Assembly (NCBI GenBank): GCA_009785865.1
Contig: WQVL01000004.1
Coordinates: 5-64,004, forward strand
Direction of reading: 5' to 3'
Origin: Oscillospiraceae bacterium
GTDB lineage: Bacteria; Bacillota; Clostridia; TANB77; CAG-508
Length of the DNA stretch: 64,000 nucleotides
Below, piece after piece: positions 42,772-53,309 of the stretch. The notes under the pieces are model-generated. The model made no database searches. It saw only the letters and a program-made list of their open reading frames with translations, and was not told the DNA's origin. Both the position numbers and the translations under genes were made by a program. The first letter of the stretch is position 1, and the number at the start of each line of letters is the position of its first letter.

Positions 42772-43971
42772 ATGGGGGAAAAGAAAATGAGAAAGAGTAA
42801 AATTTTATTAGTTATATCAATAGTCGTCTTGTTGTTATGGGGAAGTGTTGCAATAACTTTCGCATCTAGAACAGACTTGCAAAATAGGGAGAACGAGTTA
42901 GGTCAAAGTATGCAACAAACACAAGAGGAATTAGACAAACTTACAGCGCAACTGTCAGAATCGATGAGACAAGTGCATGCCTTAACTTCACAAATTGTAG
43001 AGTATGAGTCAAGACTCACTGGTCTTAATTATGAAGTAAGTGACTTAGAAAGCCAAATTGACGAACAGGAAAGAATGTTAAACGAAGCAGAAGCAAGATT
43101 TGCGCACCAAGAAGAAATGTTTAGAAATCGTTTAGTAGCTATGTATATGGCAGGAGAAACTAGCTTTTTAGATGTGCTTCTTAGTGCACAAGGATTAGTA
43201 GATTTTATATCTTCTTTCTTCTTAGTTTCTGAGATAGCAGCACATGATACAGAGTTACTGAATCAAATAGAGAGAAGTAAAAATGAGATAATAGAAGCAA
43301 GAGCAATATTAGAACAAAATAGAGAGCAGATAGAAGTTGCAAGAAACAGTGTAGAAACAACAAGAAATTCACTTCAAACTTCACAAAATACAATGCAAGA
43401 ACATGTGAATGAACTCACTGTAACTGAAAGGGAATTAAAACAACAATTAGAAGAATATGAAAGAGCTCAAGCACAAGTAAGAAATCAGATAGCAGAAATT
43501 CAAAGACAAGAAGAAGCGGCAAGACAAAATAATAATCAGAATAATAACAATTTGGTTCCACCTAATGTGGCAGAAGGTCAATTTGCTTGGCCAGTGCCAG
43601 GGTTTAATACCATAACTTCTCCGTTTGGTATGAGATGGCATCCTGTTCTTCATCAAAGTAGAATGCATACAGGAATTGATATCGCAGGACCTGGAATAAG
43701 TGGTGCAAATGTAGTTGCAGCAAATGACGGAATAGTTACTTTTGCAGGATGGATGGGCGGTTATGGGAATACAGTAATGATAAATCATGGAGGAGGAATT
43801 GTTACTTTGTATGCACATGGTTCTAGTATACTTGTAAGTAGCGGACAATCAGTAACTAGAGGACAAAGTATAATGACAGTAGGTACAACAGGAGTATCTA
43901 CAGGACCACACTTGCACTTTGAAGTTATAGTAAATGGAAGTGTAGTAGATCCAGTTCCGTGGGTAAGATAG
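42772..43971 (+). CDS. Coiled-coil M23 metallopeptidase (EnvC-like)
   Basis: Signal/TM, ~230-aa coiled coil, and a C-terminal M23 domain (HTGIDI ... GPHLHFEV). No in-frame CGG. Confidence 0.85.
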   Translation: MGEKKMRKSKILLVISIVVLLLWGSVAITFASRTDLQNRENELGQSMQQTQEELDKLTAQLSESMRQVHALTSQIVEYESRLTGLNYEVSDLESQIDEQERMLNEAEARFAHQEEMFRNRLVAMYMAGETSFLDVLLSAQGLVDFISSFFLVSEIAAHDTELLNQIERSKNEIIEARAILEQNREQIEVARNSVETTRNSLQTSQNTMQEHVNELTVTERELKQQLEEYERAQAQVRNQIAEIQRQEEAARQNNNQNNNNLVPPNVAEGQFAWPVPGFNTITSPFGMRWHPVLHQSRMHTGIDIAGPGISGANVVAANDGIVTFAGWMGGYGNTVMINHGGGIVTLYAHGSSILVSSGQSVTRGQSIMTVGTTGVSTGPHLHFEVIVNGSVVDPVPWVR

Positions 43972-44073
43972 GTATAGTATATATTGTGTACATATTGAAC
44001 AAAAGCACAAAAGTATAACTTGTTTCTACGCATTAGAAATGCTAGAACTAAGAAAAATTAAGGAGGAAATAGA

Positions 44074-44496
44074 ATGAAAACAGACAAAATTAAATTAGTG
44101 TTTGCTTTAGTAATAGTTTTATGCATGATGATTGGAACAGTTGTGTTTGCAGAAGTAGAACCAGTATATGTTCCAGGGCTAGAGGAACTAGGAATACAAG
44201 CAATATCAGCTGAATTAGAACCCGGAATGCTTATTTATGATGAATATCCTGAAGGTGATAGGCAGTTTATTGGAGAAGGTGGAATAGAGATAATCGGAAT
44301 ACCTGAGGACATAAGTTATGAAGAGGAAGAAAACGGACCAGATCGCAGACAGTTTGCGAGAGATGCAGGAGAAAGAGATATAGTAATTGCTGCAAATGAT
44401 GACGGGTTTAATGTTTGGGTACTAGTTGGTTCGGGAATAGGATTTATAGCCCTTGTAGTAATAGCAACGTATTTCATGAAGAAAAGTAAGAGCTAA
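44074..44496 (+). CDS. Acidic single-pass membrane protein (paralog A)
   Basis: Signal peptide MKTDKIKLVFALVIVLCMMIGTVVFA, acidic ectodomain, C-terminal TM plus KKSKS. Confidence 0.6.
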   Translation: MKTDKIKLVFALVIVLCMMIGTVVFAEVEPVYVPGLEELGIQAISAELEPGMLIYDEYPEGDRQFIGEGGIEIIGIPEDISYEEEENGPDRRQFARDAGERDIVIAANDDGFNVWVLVGSGIGFIALVVIATYFMKKSKS

Positions 44497-44523
44497 TTTA
44501 AATTAATATATATAATTTAAAGT

Positions 44524-44556
44524 GATATGCTGTGTTTGGAATAGCATATCATTTTT
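44524..44556 (+). terminator. Rho-independent terminator
   Basis: Stem GATATGCT / AGCATATC plus T5. Confidence 0.75.
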
Positions 44557-44704
44557 GTAAGACTATTATTACATTTTCGGCACCTAATATGTATGAAAAC
44601 ACTAAATATGGGTATAAATAAATTGGAAAAAAAGTATTGATTTTTTAAAATGAATAGTATATGTTATCTATATATTTAAATGAGAGAATAAGGAGGAAAT
44701 TAAG

Positions 44705-45028
44705 ATGAAAACAAACAAAGTTAAAATCATATTTGCTTTAGTAATAGTTCTATGCATGATGCTCGGAACTGCAGTTTTCGCGCAGCCAGAACCAGTGGAG
44801 GTTCCGGAATTAGAAGGTTCAGGAATACAAGCGATATCAGCTGAAGATGAGATGTTGTATATTTCTGATGAAGAACTAGAGGGAATAACACCAGAAATGC
44901 CAGAAATAAATGAAACGGAAGAGGCAACTGATGAAGATGAAACGAACAATACAGTATTATTTATTGTAGCAGGTGTAGGTATTGTTGTTCTTATAGGAAT
45001 AGTAGTGTTTATGATGAAAAAACAATAG
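44705..45028 (+). CDS. Acidic single-pass membrane protein (paralog B)
   Basis: The first ~45 aa are closely similar to paralog A (MKTNKVKIIFALVIVLCMMLGTAVFA..GIQAISAE). Acidic middle, C-terminal TM plus MKKQ. Confidence 0.6.
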   Translation: MKTNKVKIIFALVIVLCMMLGTAVFAQPEPVEVPELEGSGIQAISAEDEMLYISDEELEGITPEMPEINETEEATDEDETNNTVLFIVAGVGIVVLIGIVVFMMKKQ

Positions 45029-45054
45029 AAAACAGTTGTAATATAAACGATAAA

Positions 45055-45097
45055 TTGATATACTATATTTGAAAAAATAAGTGTATCAATTTTTTTT
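45055..45097 (+). terminator. Rho-independent terminator
   Basis: Stem TTGATATAC / GTGTATCAA plus T8. Confidence 0.65.
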
Positions 45098-45216
45098 ATA
45101 TTCTAGGAAAGTTCGTAGAACTTGACATAGAAGATGATTATGCAAAAATTAGATTTTATTAATAGCTATGATATTTAGAAAATCTTATATTTGTTTTTTA
45201 TTGAGGGGGTAGAATT

Positions 45217-45690
45217 ATGGGAGAGACGAAAGGAAAAGCAAAGGCAAAAACCGAAACAAAAAAAGAAGAATTGTTGCCTGTTGTAGAGGTTCTTGATGAA
45301 GGTGAAGGTGCAGATAACGACGGAGTGAGAATATCGAATGAAGTAGTTTCTGTTATTGCTGGAGTTGCTGTTGCAGAAGTTGCAGGAGTATATGGAATGG
45401 CAGGAGGAATAGCAGGAGGACTTTCAGAAGTTTTGAGTGGTAAGAAAAACTTATCTAAAGGAATAAAAACAGAAGTTGGAGAAAAAGAAGTTAGAATAGA
45501 TGTTAGTATTGTTATAGAATATGGTGTAAGAATACCAGATGTAGCTTTTGAGATACAAAACAGAGTAAAGAAAGCTGTTGAAAGTATGACAGGATTAAAT
45601 GTTGTAGGAGTTAACATCCATGTTCAAGGAGTTAATACTGAAGAAGGAAAAAGTTTAGAAGTTATTGAAGAACATGAAGAAGAAAAATAG
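45217..45690 (+). CDS. asp23: Asp23/Gls24-family alkaline-shock protein
   Basis: ISNEVVSVIAGVAVAEVAGV and the remaining Asp23 core. 157 aa. Confidence 0.85.
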   Translation: MGETKGKAKAKTETKKEELLPVVEVLDEGEGADNDGVRISNEVVSVIAGVAVAEVAGVYGMAGGIAGGLSEVLSGKKNLSKGIKTEVGEKEVRIDVSIVIEYGVRIPDVAFEIQNRVKKAVESMTGLNVVGVNIHVQGVNTEEGKSLEVIEEHEEEK

Positions 45691-45735
45691 AGAAGAGTAA
45701 ATGAAAAATTAGTGTAATAAAAGGAGAAATGTAAG

Positions 45736-46320
45736 ATGAAAATTTTGGACAGGCTAGGGTTAATAATATTTTCAACAATAGTTTTATTAATATCATTGAC
45801 ATTATGCACAGTGATTTTTGAGTGGATAGAACTAGAGGATGTAACAGAAGTAATCGAGATGGCACTACAAGGAAATGCAAGTACAAATATTTTGTTGGGA
45901 ACATTAATAGTGTTAATGTTACTTGCAATAAAGTGTATATTTTTCAACTCGATTTCAAGAGCAGAAGTAAAGAATAAATCAGGAATTACATTAGAAAATG
46001 ATTATGGGAAGCTAGTAGTTTCAAGAGATGCAATAGAAAACCTGATAGGTCTAGTAGTTAAAGGATTTGAAAGTGTAGAAAACATATCAGCAAAAGTAGA
46101 TGTAGATAAAGAATCTAATGTAAGGATTATGATTACGCTATTTACACATCCGGAAGCTATAATAAAAGATTTAACAAGCAAATTACAAAAAGATATAAAA
46201 GAAACTATGAAAAAATCATTGAATGTAGATGTTAAAGACATAACAATAAGAGTAAAAGATATTGCAGTGAAAAAAGAACCAGTAGTGAAAGAAAAAGAGA
46301 AAGAAAAAGACTTAAATTAA
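45736..46320 (+). CDS. amaP: Alkaline-shock response membrane anchor protein AmaP
   Basis: Two N-terminal TM helices followed by an Asp23-like fold, in the conserved position after asp23. Confidence 0.7.
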   Translation: MKILDRLGLIIFSTIVLLISLTLCTVIFEWIELEDVTEVIEMALQGNASTNILLGTLIVLMLLAIKCIFFNSISRAEVKNKSGITLENDYGKLVVSRDAIENLIGLVVKGFESVENISAKVDVDKESNVRIMITLFTHPEAIIKDLTSKLQKDIKETMKKSLNVDVKDITIRVKDIAVKKEPVVKEKEKEKDLN

Positions 46321-46365
46321 ATATGAAGTAGTATTTTGACTTTAAAGGATAGGAGTTGATGTGGA

Positions 46366-46570
46366 GTGGAAGAATCAAAAGAATTTTTTATAAAGTACAG
46401 AGGAGCAATTATAGGAGGATTAATTGGAATATTAATGCTTGTACTAAGGTTGCATTTAGTAGTGCTTTGGGTAGCAGTTATAGGTTTTGGGATTTTTGCT
46501 CGGCAACTACGTACAGAACAATAAAGAATATGTTAAAGAAAGAATAAAACTTTTTATAGACAAATTGTAA
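46366..46570 (+). CDS. DUF2273-type small membrane protein (one +1 shift; missed by the ORF track)
   Basis: GTG 46366 lies 10 nt after [72 protein letters not shown] is obtained by +1 at in-frame CGG 46501. This is the typical third gene of asp23-amaP operons. The listed ORF 46356-46547 is in the wrong frame. Confidence 0.65.
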
Positions 46571-46656
46571 GCGTAGAATTACCCCGAAGATTCCATAAAG
46601 ATTGTTACTATAAGCGATCTCGAGTGGGGTCTAGCCGTAATAAAGGAAGGAAGAAA

Positions 46657-47085
46657 ATGAATAGGACTAGGACAAGAGAAATGGCATTTAAGCTATTATA
46701 TCAAGTAGAAGTACAAAAAAACTTAGATGATGAAGATATAGAATTATTCTTTGACTATGTTTGTGCGGACGAAATGTTGCTTTCTAATGAAGCAAAAGAA
46801 TACATTAGAGATGTTGTATATGGAGTACAAAAAGAAAGAGACAATATATATTTAGCTATCTCTAAAAACATAAAAAAAGATTGGGAAATGGATAGAATAT
46901 CCAAAATGAATATGGCTCTTTTAAAATTATCTATATTTGAAATTTTATATAGACAAATTCCATACAAAGTGGCTATTAATGAAGTAATCGAGCTAGCTAA
47001 AAAGTATGGTGAGGACACATCACCAGCCTTTATAAATGGAGTTTTAGCAAGTATAGTTAAAGAAGTCCAAGAAAGTAGTCCTTAA
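46657..47085 (+). CDS. nusB: Transcription antitermination factor NusB
   Basis: [19 protein letters not shown] 46657 with RBS AAAGGAAGG is preferred over GTG 46624. Confidence 0.88.
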   Translation: MNRTRTREMAFKLLYQVEVQKNLDDEDIELFFDYVCADEMLLSNEAKEYIRDVVYGVQKERDNIYLAISKNIKKDWEMDRISKMNMALLKLSIFEILYRQIPYKVAINEVIELAKKYGEDTSPAFINGVLASIVKEVQESSP

Positions 47086-47145
47086 CATTTTCATATAGAA
47101 AGTCTAAAGTTTTCTGTAATTATTATTTTTCTGGAGGTCCAAAAT

Positions 47146-48353
47146 TTGAAACCAGAGCCGATTAGTGTATCAGATTTAAATAAATATATAAAATCAAAAA
47201 TAGCAGAGGATGAGCACCTAAACAATGTGTTTGTTAAAGGAGAGATATCCAATTTCAAGCATCATTATACAGGGCATATGTATTTTACATTGAAAGATGA
47301 GAATTCTTTAATAAAGTGCATAATGTTTAAACAATCTACGGCTACTTTGAATTTTGTGCCAGACAATGGAAAAAAAGTTGTAATATTAGGTACGGTTGCA
47401 GTGTTTGAGAGAGACGGAATATATCAGATATATTGCAAGGCGATGAAAGAAGAGGGCATAGGAGACTTATATAAAGAATATGAGGAACTAAAGTTAAAAC
47501 TAGAAAAAGAAGGGTATTTTGATAATGCACATAAACTCAAGATACCATATATGCCTAAAGTAGTAGGTGTACTTACATCACAAACTGGATCAGTTATACA
47601 GGATATAATAAATGTACGGAACGAGAAGAAATCCAAATGTTCAAATAAGAGTATTTCCAATACCAGTTCAAGGGAAGCGGCGCAGAAGTAAAAATTGCTG
47701 AGGCAATAAGTATAATGAATGAAAAAAAATTAGCTGATGTTTTAATATTAGCTAGAGGTGGAGGGTCAATAGAAGATTTATGGCCATTTAATGAAGAAGT
47801 TACCGCAAGAGCAATATATAATTCTAAGATTCCAATAATATCTGCTGTAGGACATGAAACAGATTTCACAATAAGTGACTTTGTAGCGGATTTAAGAGCC
47901 CCAACTCCTTCGGCTGCTGCTGAGATAGCTATAGCAGATATAGAAGAAGTTAATGCAAAGTTAGATATGTACAATAGTAGATATAAAATGTTGCTGAAGA
48001 AGAAACTAGAAAATGTAAGACTGCAATATGAAAAGCTTATGAAATCTAGAGTATTTACAGATCCGAAAAATAAGATAAATGAATATTACATGTTAATAGA
48101 TATAAAGATAAAAGAATTAGAAAAACATATGACATCTAAGATTGAAAGTAGTAAGTTACATAGTCAAAAGCTGATTTCTAAACTAGATGCCATTTCACCA
48201 TTAAAAACATTAACAAGAGGATATTGTATAACTGAGCATGAAGGAAAGACAATTAAGAGTAGTAAAGAATTGAAGAAGGGTGATGAAATAAAATTACAGT
48301 TTGCTGATGGTATTGTAGGGGCGACTGTTAGCTGTTCATCCATAGAGGAATAA
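47146..48353 (+). CDS. xseA: Exodeoxyribonuclease VII large subunit (two +1 shifts)
   Basis: OB-fold N-terminus. Fragments 47146-47691 and 47715-48353 join at in-frame CGG 47617 ([12 protein letters not shown]) and 47678 ([15 protein letters not shown]). Also [19 protein letters not shown] start. Confidence 0.88.
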
Positions 48354-48357
48354 AATA

Positions 48358-48618
48358 ATGATTTTTGATGTGCTTGGTTGGATTGGAATGATTCTGGTGT
48401 TAGTTGCTTATGCTCTAATATCTACAAATAAAATAAAAAATGGTAAATTGTATCACGCCCTTAATTTATTAGGGGGAATATGTATGGGAATAGGGCTTTT
48501 TACAAGAGGTGTATGGTTTTCTTTTACATTACAAATCGTGTGGAGTCTAGTAGCAGTAATAGCAATCATAAAGATTCTTAATAAAAAAGGAGAGAAAGAG
48601 AATGGAGCAAAACATTAA
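48358..48618 (+). CDS. Small 3-TM membrane protein
   Basis: 86 aa, inserted between xseA and xseB. Overlaps the xseB start by 17 nt. Confidence 0.5.
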   Translation: MIFDVLGWIGMILVLVAYALISTNKIKNGKLYHALNLLGGICMGIGLFTRGVWFSFTLQIVWSLVAVIAIIKILNKKGEKENGAKH

Positions 48619-48823
48619 TTTTGAAGAAAGTATGAAGCAACTAGAAACCATAGTGCAAGAGCTAGAGAGCGGAAAACTAAATCTAGATGATTCAATGAAA
48701 AAATTTGAGGAAGGAATGAAAATTTCTAAAGAGTGTAGTCAGCACTTAGAAAAAGCAGAAAAGAAAATTACACTACTTGTGCAAGACGGGAATGGTGAAG
48801 TAAAAGAGGAAAACTTCAATTAG
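48602..48823 (+). CDS. xseB: Exodeoxyribonuclease VII small subunit
   Basis: 73 aa, FEESMKQLETIVQELESGKLNLDDSMKKFEEG. Confidence 0.88.
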   Translation: MEQNINFEESMKQLETIVQELESGKLNLDDSMKKFEEGMKISKECSQHLEKAEKKITLLVQDGNGEVKEENFN

Positions 48824-48868
48824 TTTATACTAACTGATCATATAAAATTAAAGTAAGGGGAGAAGGAA

Positions 48869-50530
48869 ATGCAAGATATTGAAATAGCAAGAAATGCAAA
48901 ACTAAAGAAAATTAAAAAAATTGCGGAGAAGATAGGGATAGATGATGATCATCTTGAACTTTATGGAAAATATAAGGCAAAGATTTCAGATGAAGTATAT
49001 CAGGATCTGAAAGAGAAAGAAGATGGGAAGTTAATACTTGTTACTGCTATTAATCCAACACCATTAGGAGAAGGGAAAACTACTATTTCAATTGGATTAG
49101 CAGATGGATTGCAGGAGATAGGCGAAAAATCAATCTTAGCACTTAGAGAACCTTCTTTAGGTCCAGTATTTGGAATAAAAGGTGGAGCGACAGGTGGAGG
49201 ATATGTACAAGTAGCACCTATGGAAGAAATCAATCTTCATTTCACAGGAGACATTCATGCAATAACTTCAGCTAATAATCTATTATCAGCTATAATAGAT
49301 AATCACATATTCTTTGGAAATGAATTAGGTTTTGACAAAGTAATATGGAAAAGATGTGTAGACTTAAATGATAGAACACTTAGAAAGGTAGAAGTAGGTC
49401 TATCAGGTGAAAAAAATGCAGTTCCAAGGGAGGATGGATTTGACATTACAGTTGCATCAGAAATAATGGCAATATTTTGTTTAGCTGAAGATTTAGAAGA
49501 TTTAAGAACAAGAATAGGTAATATTGTTGTTGGATACAACTTCGATGGGAAAGAAATTAAGGCAAAAGATTTAAAAGCAGAAGGAGCTTTAGCGGTTCTT
49601 TTAAAAGATGCTATAAAACCAAATTTGGTTCAAACTTTAGAAAATACACCAGCTATATTACATGGTGGACCGTTTGCCAATATTGCACATGGATGTAACA
49701 GTATTATCGCAACTAAGCTAGCAATGAAGTTAGCAGATTATACGATTACAGAAGCAGGATTTGGAGCAGACTTAGGAGCAGAAAAATTCTTAGATATCAA
49801 GTCTAGATTGTTACCAAAAAGGCCAGATGCAGTAGTGCTAGTAGCTACATTAAAAGCATTAAAATATGGTGGTGGTCAAGCAATTGCTGATATTAAAGAG
49901 GAAAATATAGAAGCTTTAGATAAAGGAATTCGTAATTTATGGAGGCATGTTGAGAATATAAAAGATAGATTTGGATTAAATGTAATTGTTGCAATAAATA
50001 AATATATTACAGATACTGATAAAGAAATAAATCATCTGGAAAGTAAATTAAAAGAAAAAAATGTGCATATGAGCTTAGTAGAGGCATGGGCAAAAGGTGG
50101 AAAAGGTGCTACAGACTTAGCTGATAAGATTGTAGATTTATGCAAAGAGCCAAATGATTTTAAATATGCATATGAATTAGAAGATAGTATTCAAGAAAAA
50201 ATAGAGAAGATAGCTACAAAGATATATGGCGCCGAAGGAGTAGAGTTTTCAGAAGAAGCTCTAAGTGCTATTCAAACAATAGAGAAAAATGGATATGGAC
50301 ATTTACCAGCATGTGTAGCTAAAACGCAATATTCATTCTCAGATGATGCGAAGAATCTTTTATGCGATGGACCTTTCAAAATTCATGTAAGAGATGTAGT
50401 TTTAAAAGCAGGAGCAGGATTTGTTGTAGTAATGACAGGAAAAATATTTACTATGCCAGGCTTGCCGAGAGTACCAGCTGCAGAAACTATTGATATAGAT
50501 AAGAACGGAAATATAGTAGGAATATTCTAA
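48869..50530 (+). CDS. fhs: Formate--tetrahydrofolate ligase
   Basis: 553 aa, PTPLGEGKTT P-loop, full-length FTHFS family. No in-frame CGG. Confidence 0.95.
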   Translation: MQDIEIARNAKLKKIKKIAEKIGIDDDHLELYGKYKAKISDEVYQDLKEKEDGKLILVTAINPTPLGEGKTTISIGLADGLQEIGEKSILALREPSLGPVFGIKGGATGGGYVQVAPMEEINLHFTGDIHAITSANNLLSAIIDNHIFFGNELGFDKVIWKRCVDLNDRTLRKVEVGLSGEKNAVPREDGFDITVASEIMAIFCLAEDLEDLRTRIGNIVVGYNFDGKEIKAKDLKAEGALAVLLKDAIKPNLVQTLENTPAILHGGPFANIAHGCNSIIATKLAMKLADYTITEAGFGADLGAEKFLDIKSRLLPKRPDAVVLVATLKALKYGGGQAIADIKEENIEALDKGIRNLWRHVENIKDRFGLNVIVAINKYITDTDKEINHLESKLKEKNVHMSLVEAWAKGGKGATDLADKIVDLCKEPNDFKYAYELEDSIQEKIEKIATKIYGAEGVEFSEEALSAIQTIEKNGYGHLPACVAKTQYSFSDDAKNLLCDGPFKIHVRDVVLKAGAGFVVVMTGKIFTMPGLPRVPAAETIDIDKNGNIVGIF

Positions 50531-50557
50531 TAAATATATTCAGAAGCAACATTAAAA

Positions 50558-50590
50558 AACAGTGTAATTATAAGCGACTACACTGTTTTT
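50558..50590. terminator. Terminator hairpin between convergent genes
   Basis: Stem AACAGTGTA / TACACTGTT plus a T-run. Confidence 0.75.
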
Positions 50591-50626
50591 CTATTTGTTT
50601 GTAAAGCATACATGCTCGGTTTTGTT

Positions 50627-51910
50627 CTATTTTATTAAAGTAAATTCAATATCTTTTTTTCTGTATTCATTAGGTTTAAGTCCAATTCTTGTTTTCATAT
50701 AGTCAAGTATGAATATAAATGTGATAACTAGTATACAACCAAAAACTGTTAAGGTAATTGCTATATTAGTAAATCCAATTAACCAAGATGCAAAGAAGAA
50801 CATAGTAGCTCTAGCTAAGTTTTCGATAAACGACTTAGCAGAGTATATTTTTGTGATAATGTCTGGATTAGAAAAGCTGTTATAATATCTGTTTATAAGA
50901 GTGAAATATGGAGCCCTTACAACGGAGAATAGTATAATCATCATAGCAGCCACTATGTAGATTACATATATATTCAAATTACCTATAAGGAATAACCCGG
51001 TGATAAGCAGTGAGAAGGAACATGAAAGGGCAAACAATGAAAGGGTTTTGTTCTTAAATTTAGTATGAAACCATGCTTGTTTCTTTGAAGCATGCGCAGA
51101 AACAAGCATGGAAAGAGCATGGATTATACCAAAATACTCTGCAGGCACATGCAAGTTGGCAAGAAGATCATTTTGAAATGTCTTAAAGATTATTAGTAGC
51201 GAAACCATTATCGAAGAATATAGTAGTAAACTTTTTAATCTTCTAGAAGAGAAAATAAATTTGAAGGCTTGTTTCAAGTCTCTAAAATATATTCTCATGT
51301 TTTGTCTTCTGCTATTTTTGTTAGGCTTATTAATTGTTTCTATTTCTTCAAATCTTGCTGAAATTAGTATAGCCATCAAAGAAAATACGAAACTTATTAT
51401 AATAGGTAAATAGTAATTGAATACGAATAAAAAACCAGTAGTAGCCGCAGCTATTGCGCCTAAGACATAATAATTGCTGCTTCCTTGGCTGTCTAATTTA
51501 GCAAAGATTTTTGGCTTAGACTTAGTTTCTGGTATTGAGTCATGTAAAATAATAGGTTCACAGATTTCTTTTAATACAGAACCTATTGCCATGAATAAAT
51601 GGGCTATAATTAATGTTAAAAGATTATTTCCTAAAATAATGGCAAAAACACCAATGCTGAGAAAAGTATTTCCTAAAAGCAAGCTTTTCCTTTTGCCAAT
51701 CGTATCAGTAATATGAACAGAAGGTATTTGGAATAATGCTCTAAATAGCGGAAAAAACCCAAACACAAAGAAAAGGGCAGGTACAGAGATTCCTTTTTCA
51801 ATCGTAAGAAAAAGGAATACGATAGGATGATAGAAAAGCAAATCCCATGATATCATCTTATAAATTGGAAATAATTTTAAATTATTTTTCCTTTTCATTT
51901 GTTCGTTCAT
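50627..51910 (-). CDS. MFS transporter
   Basis: 427 aa, 12 predicted TM helices. No in-frame CGG. Confidence 0.7.
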   Translation of the reverse strand: MNEQMKRKNNLKLFPIYKMISWDLLFYHPIVFLFLTIEKGISVPALFFVFGFFPLFRALFQIPSVHITDTIGKRKSLLLGNTFLSIGVFAIILGNNLLTLIIAHLFMAIGSVLKEICEPIILHDSIPETKSKPKIFAKLDSQGSSNYYVLGAIAAATTGFLFVFNYYLPIIISFVFSLMAILISARFEEIETINKPNKNSRRQNMRIYFRDLKQAFKFIFSSRRLKSLLLYSSIMVSLLIIFKTFQNDLLANLHVPAEYFGIIHALSMLVSAHASKKQAWFHTKFKNKTLSLFALSCSFSLLITGLFLIGNLNIYVIYIVAAMMIILFSVVRAPYFTLINRYYNSFSNPDIITKIYSAKSFIENLARATMFFFASWLIGFTNIAITLTVFGCILVITFIFILDYMKTRIGLKPNEYRKKDIEFTLIK

Positions 51911-52005
51911 AATTCAAAAGTATATAGGAATAATAAACTTTAAGCAATAAATTTGACAATTTTTTTCCTTATTGATAAGATATACTTGCGAAAAAGGAGG
52001 AGTAG

Positions 52006-52512
52006 ATGATTTTACACCCAAAATTGTACTTAAAAAATGTAAAAGAGATAGATTTAGAGATGCTAAAAAAGCATAATATACAAGGACTAATATTAGATGT
52101 TGATAATACACTTATTGATGTAGATAGGAAACTACTAGAGGGTGCTGAAGAATGGTGCAAAGGATTAAAAGCTGAAGGCATAAAAGTATGTTTAGTATCT
52201 AATACAAATAAGATAGATAAAGTGGTAGCGGTAGCTACTGTTTTAGATGTACCATATATAACTTTCGCAAAGAAACCTTCTACAAAAGGTCTTCATAGAG
52301 GTAGAGGGAAACTAGGATTAGAACCTGAAGCCGTAGCTGTTGTTGGAGACCAAATTTCAACAGATGTTTGGGGAGGGAACAGAGCAGGAATGTTTACAAT
52401 ACTAGTAAAGCCACTCGATAAAAGAGATGTTCTTATAACTAAAGTAAAAAGACCAGTGGATAATTGGTTAGTAAGAAGATATTTGAAGAAAAGGGATAAA
52501 GGGGTTATATAG
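52006..52512 (+). CDS. yqeG: YqeG-family HAD-IIIA phosphatase
   Basis: LILDVDNTL catalytic motif, SNT, GDQIxTD. 168 aa. Confidence 0.85.
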   Translation: MILHPKLYLKNVKEIDLEMLKKHNIQGLILDVDNTLIDVDRKLLEGAEEWCKGLKAEGIKVCLVSNTNKIDKVVAVATVLDVPYITFAKKPSTKGLHRGRGKLGLEPEAVAVVGDQISTDVWGGNRAGMFTILVKPLDKRDVLITKVKRPVDNWLVRRYLKKRDKGVI

Positions 52513-53264
52513 ATGTTTTATAACGATATTCATATATTGTATTACGTATTGGTTGGAGGAATTGGAGCAATGCTTCGGGCAGGTTATAGATTACTGTAGC
52601 AAAGCTTTTATTGCTGAGAAAAAGATATTTAGTAAAGCAACTTTCGACGAGTACAAAGAAACAGGAGCTCCAAATTACATATTAGTAATAGGAATGATTG
52701 TGTCATATGTAGGATTACTATATAGATTGGGGGTAACGCCAGGAATTATTAGTAATATGGAGCTTATTAGATATGCATTAATTATACCAATGCTATTTTG
52801 TGCATTCCATGTAGACTTAAAAGCACAAATTATTCCTAACAGATTGAATCTTTTGATGCTTCAAATAGGATTAGTACTTGCTTTTATAAGTGGAGTATCA
52901 AACATAAATATTGCTATAAATTTGCTTCTGGGGATGATGACAGGAGGAGGGCTTTTCCTAGCTATAACATTAATAGGAGGGCTAATTGCAGGGAAAGAAG
53001 CAATGGGGCTTCGGAGATGTAAAATTGATGGGGGCACTTGGACTATTTCTAGGATTTGAAAATATTATAGTCGTAGCAGTAATGGCGTTTTTGCTAGGAG
53101 CGGTGGTTAGCATATTCTTGATAGCATCTAGAATCAGAAAATCAAAAGATTACATACCATTTGGGCCATTCATAGTAGTTGCTACAATGATATCAATATT
53201 TGTACCTTTTGACTTTTTATTCAACATATTGATGACAATTTTCACATTAGGTATATTCGCTTAA
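52513..53264 (+). CDS. pilD: Type IV prepilin peptidase (A24 family; two +1 shifts)
   Basis: ATG 52513 abuts the yqeG stop. MFYNDIHILYYVLVGGIGAML-G-QVIDY joins at in-frame CGG 52576. The catalytic motif AMGL-G-DVKLMGALG joins at CGG 53012. Confidence 0.8.
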
Positions 53265-53309
53265 TACTGAAATATTTATGCTAAGTGCATGTTAAATAAG
53301 GAGGGATAT

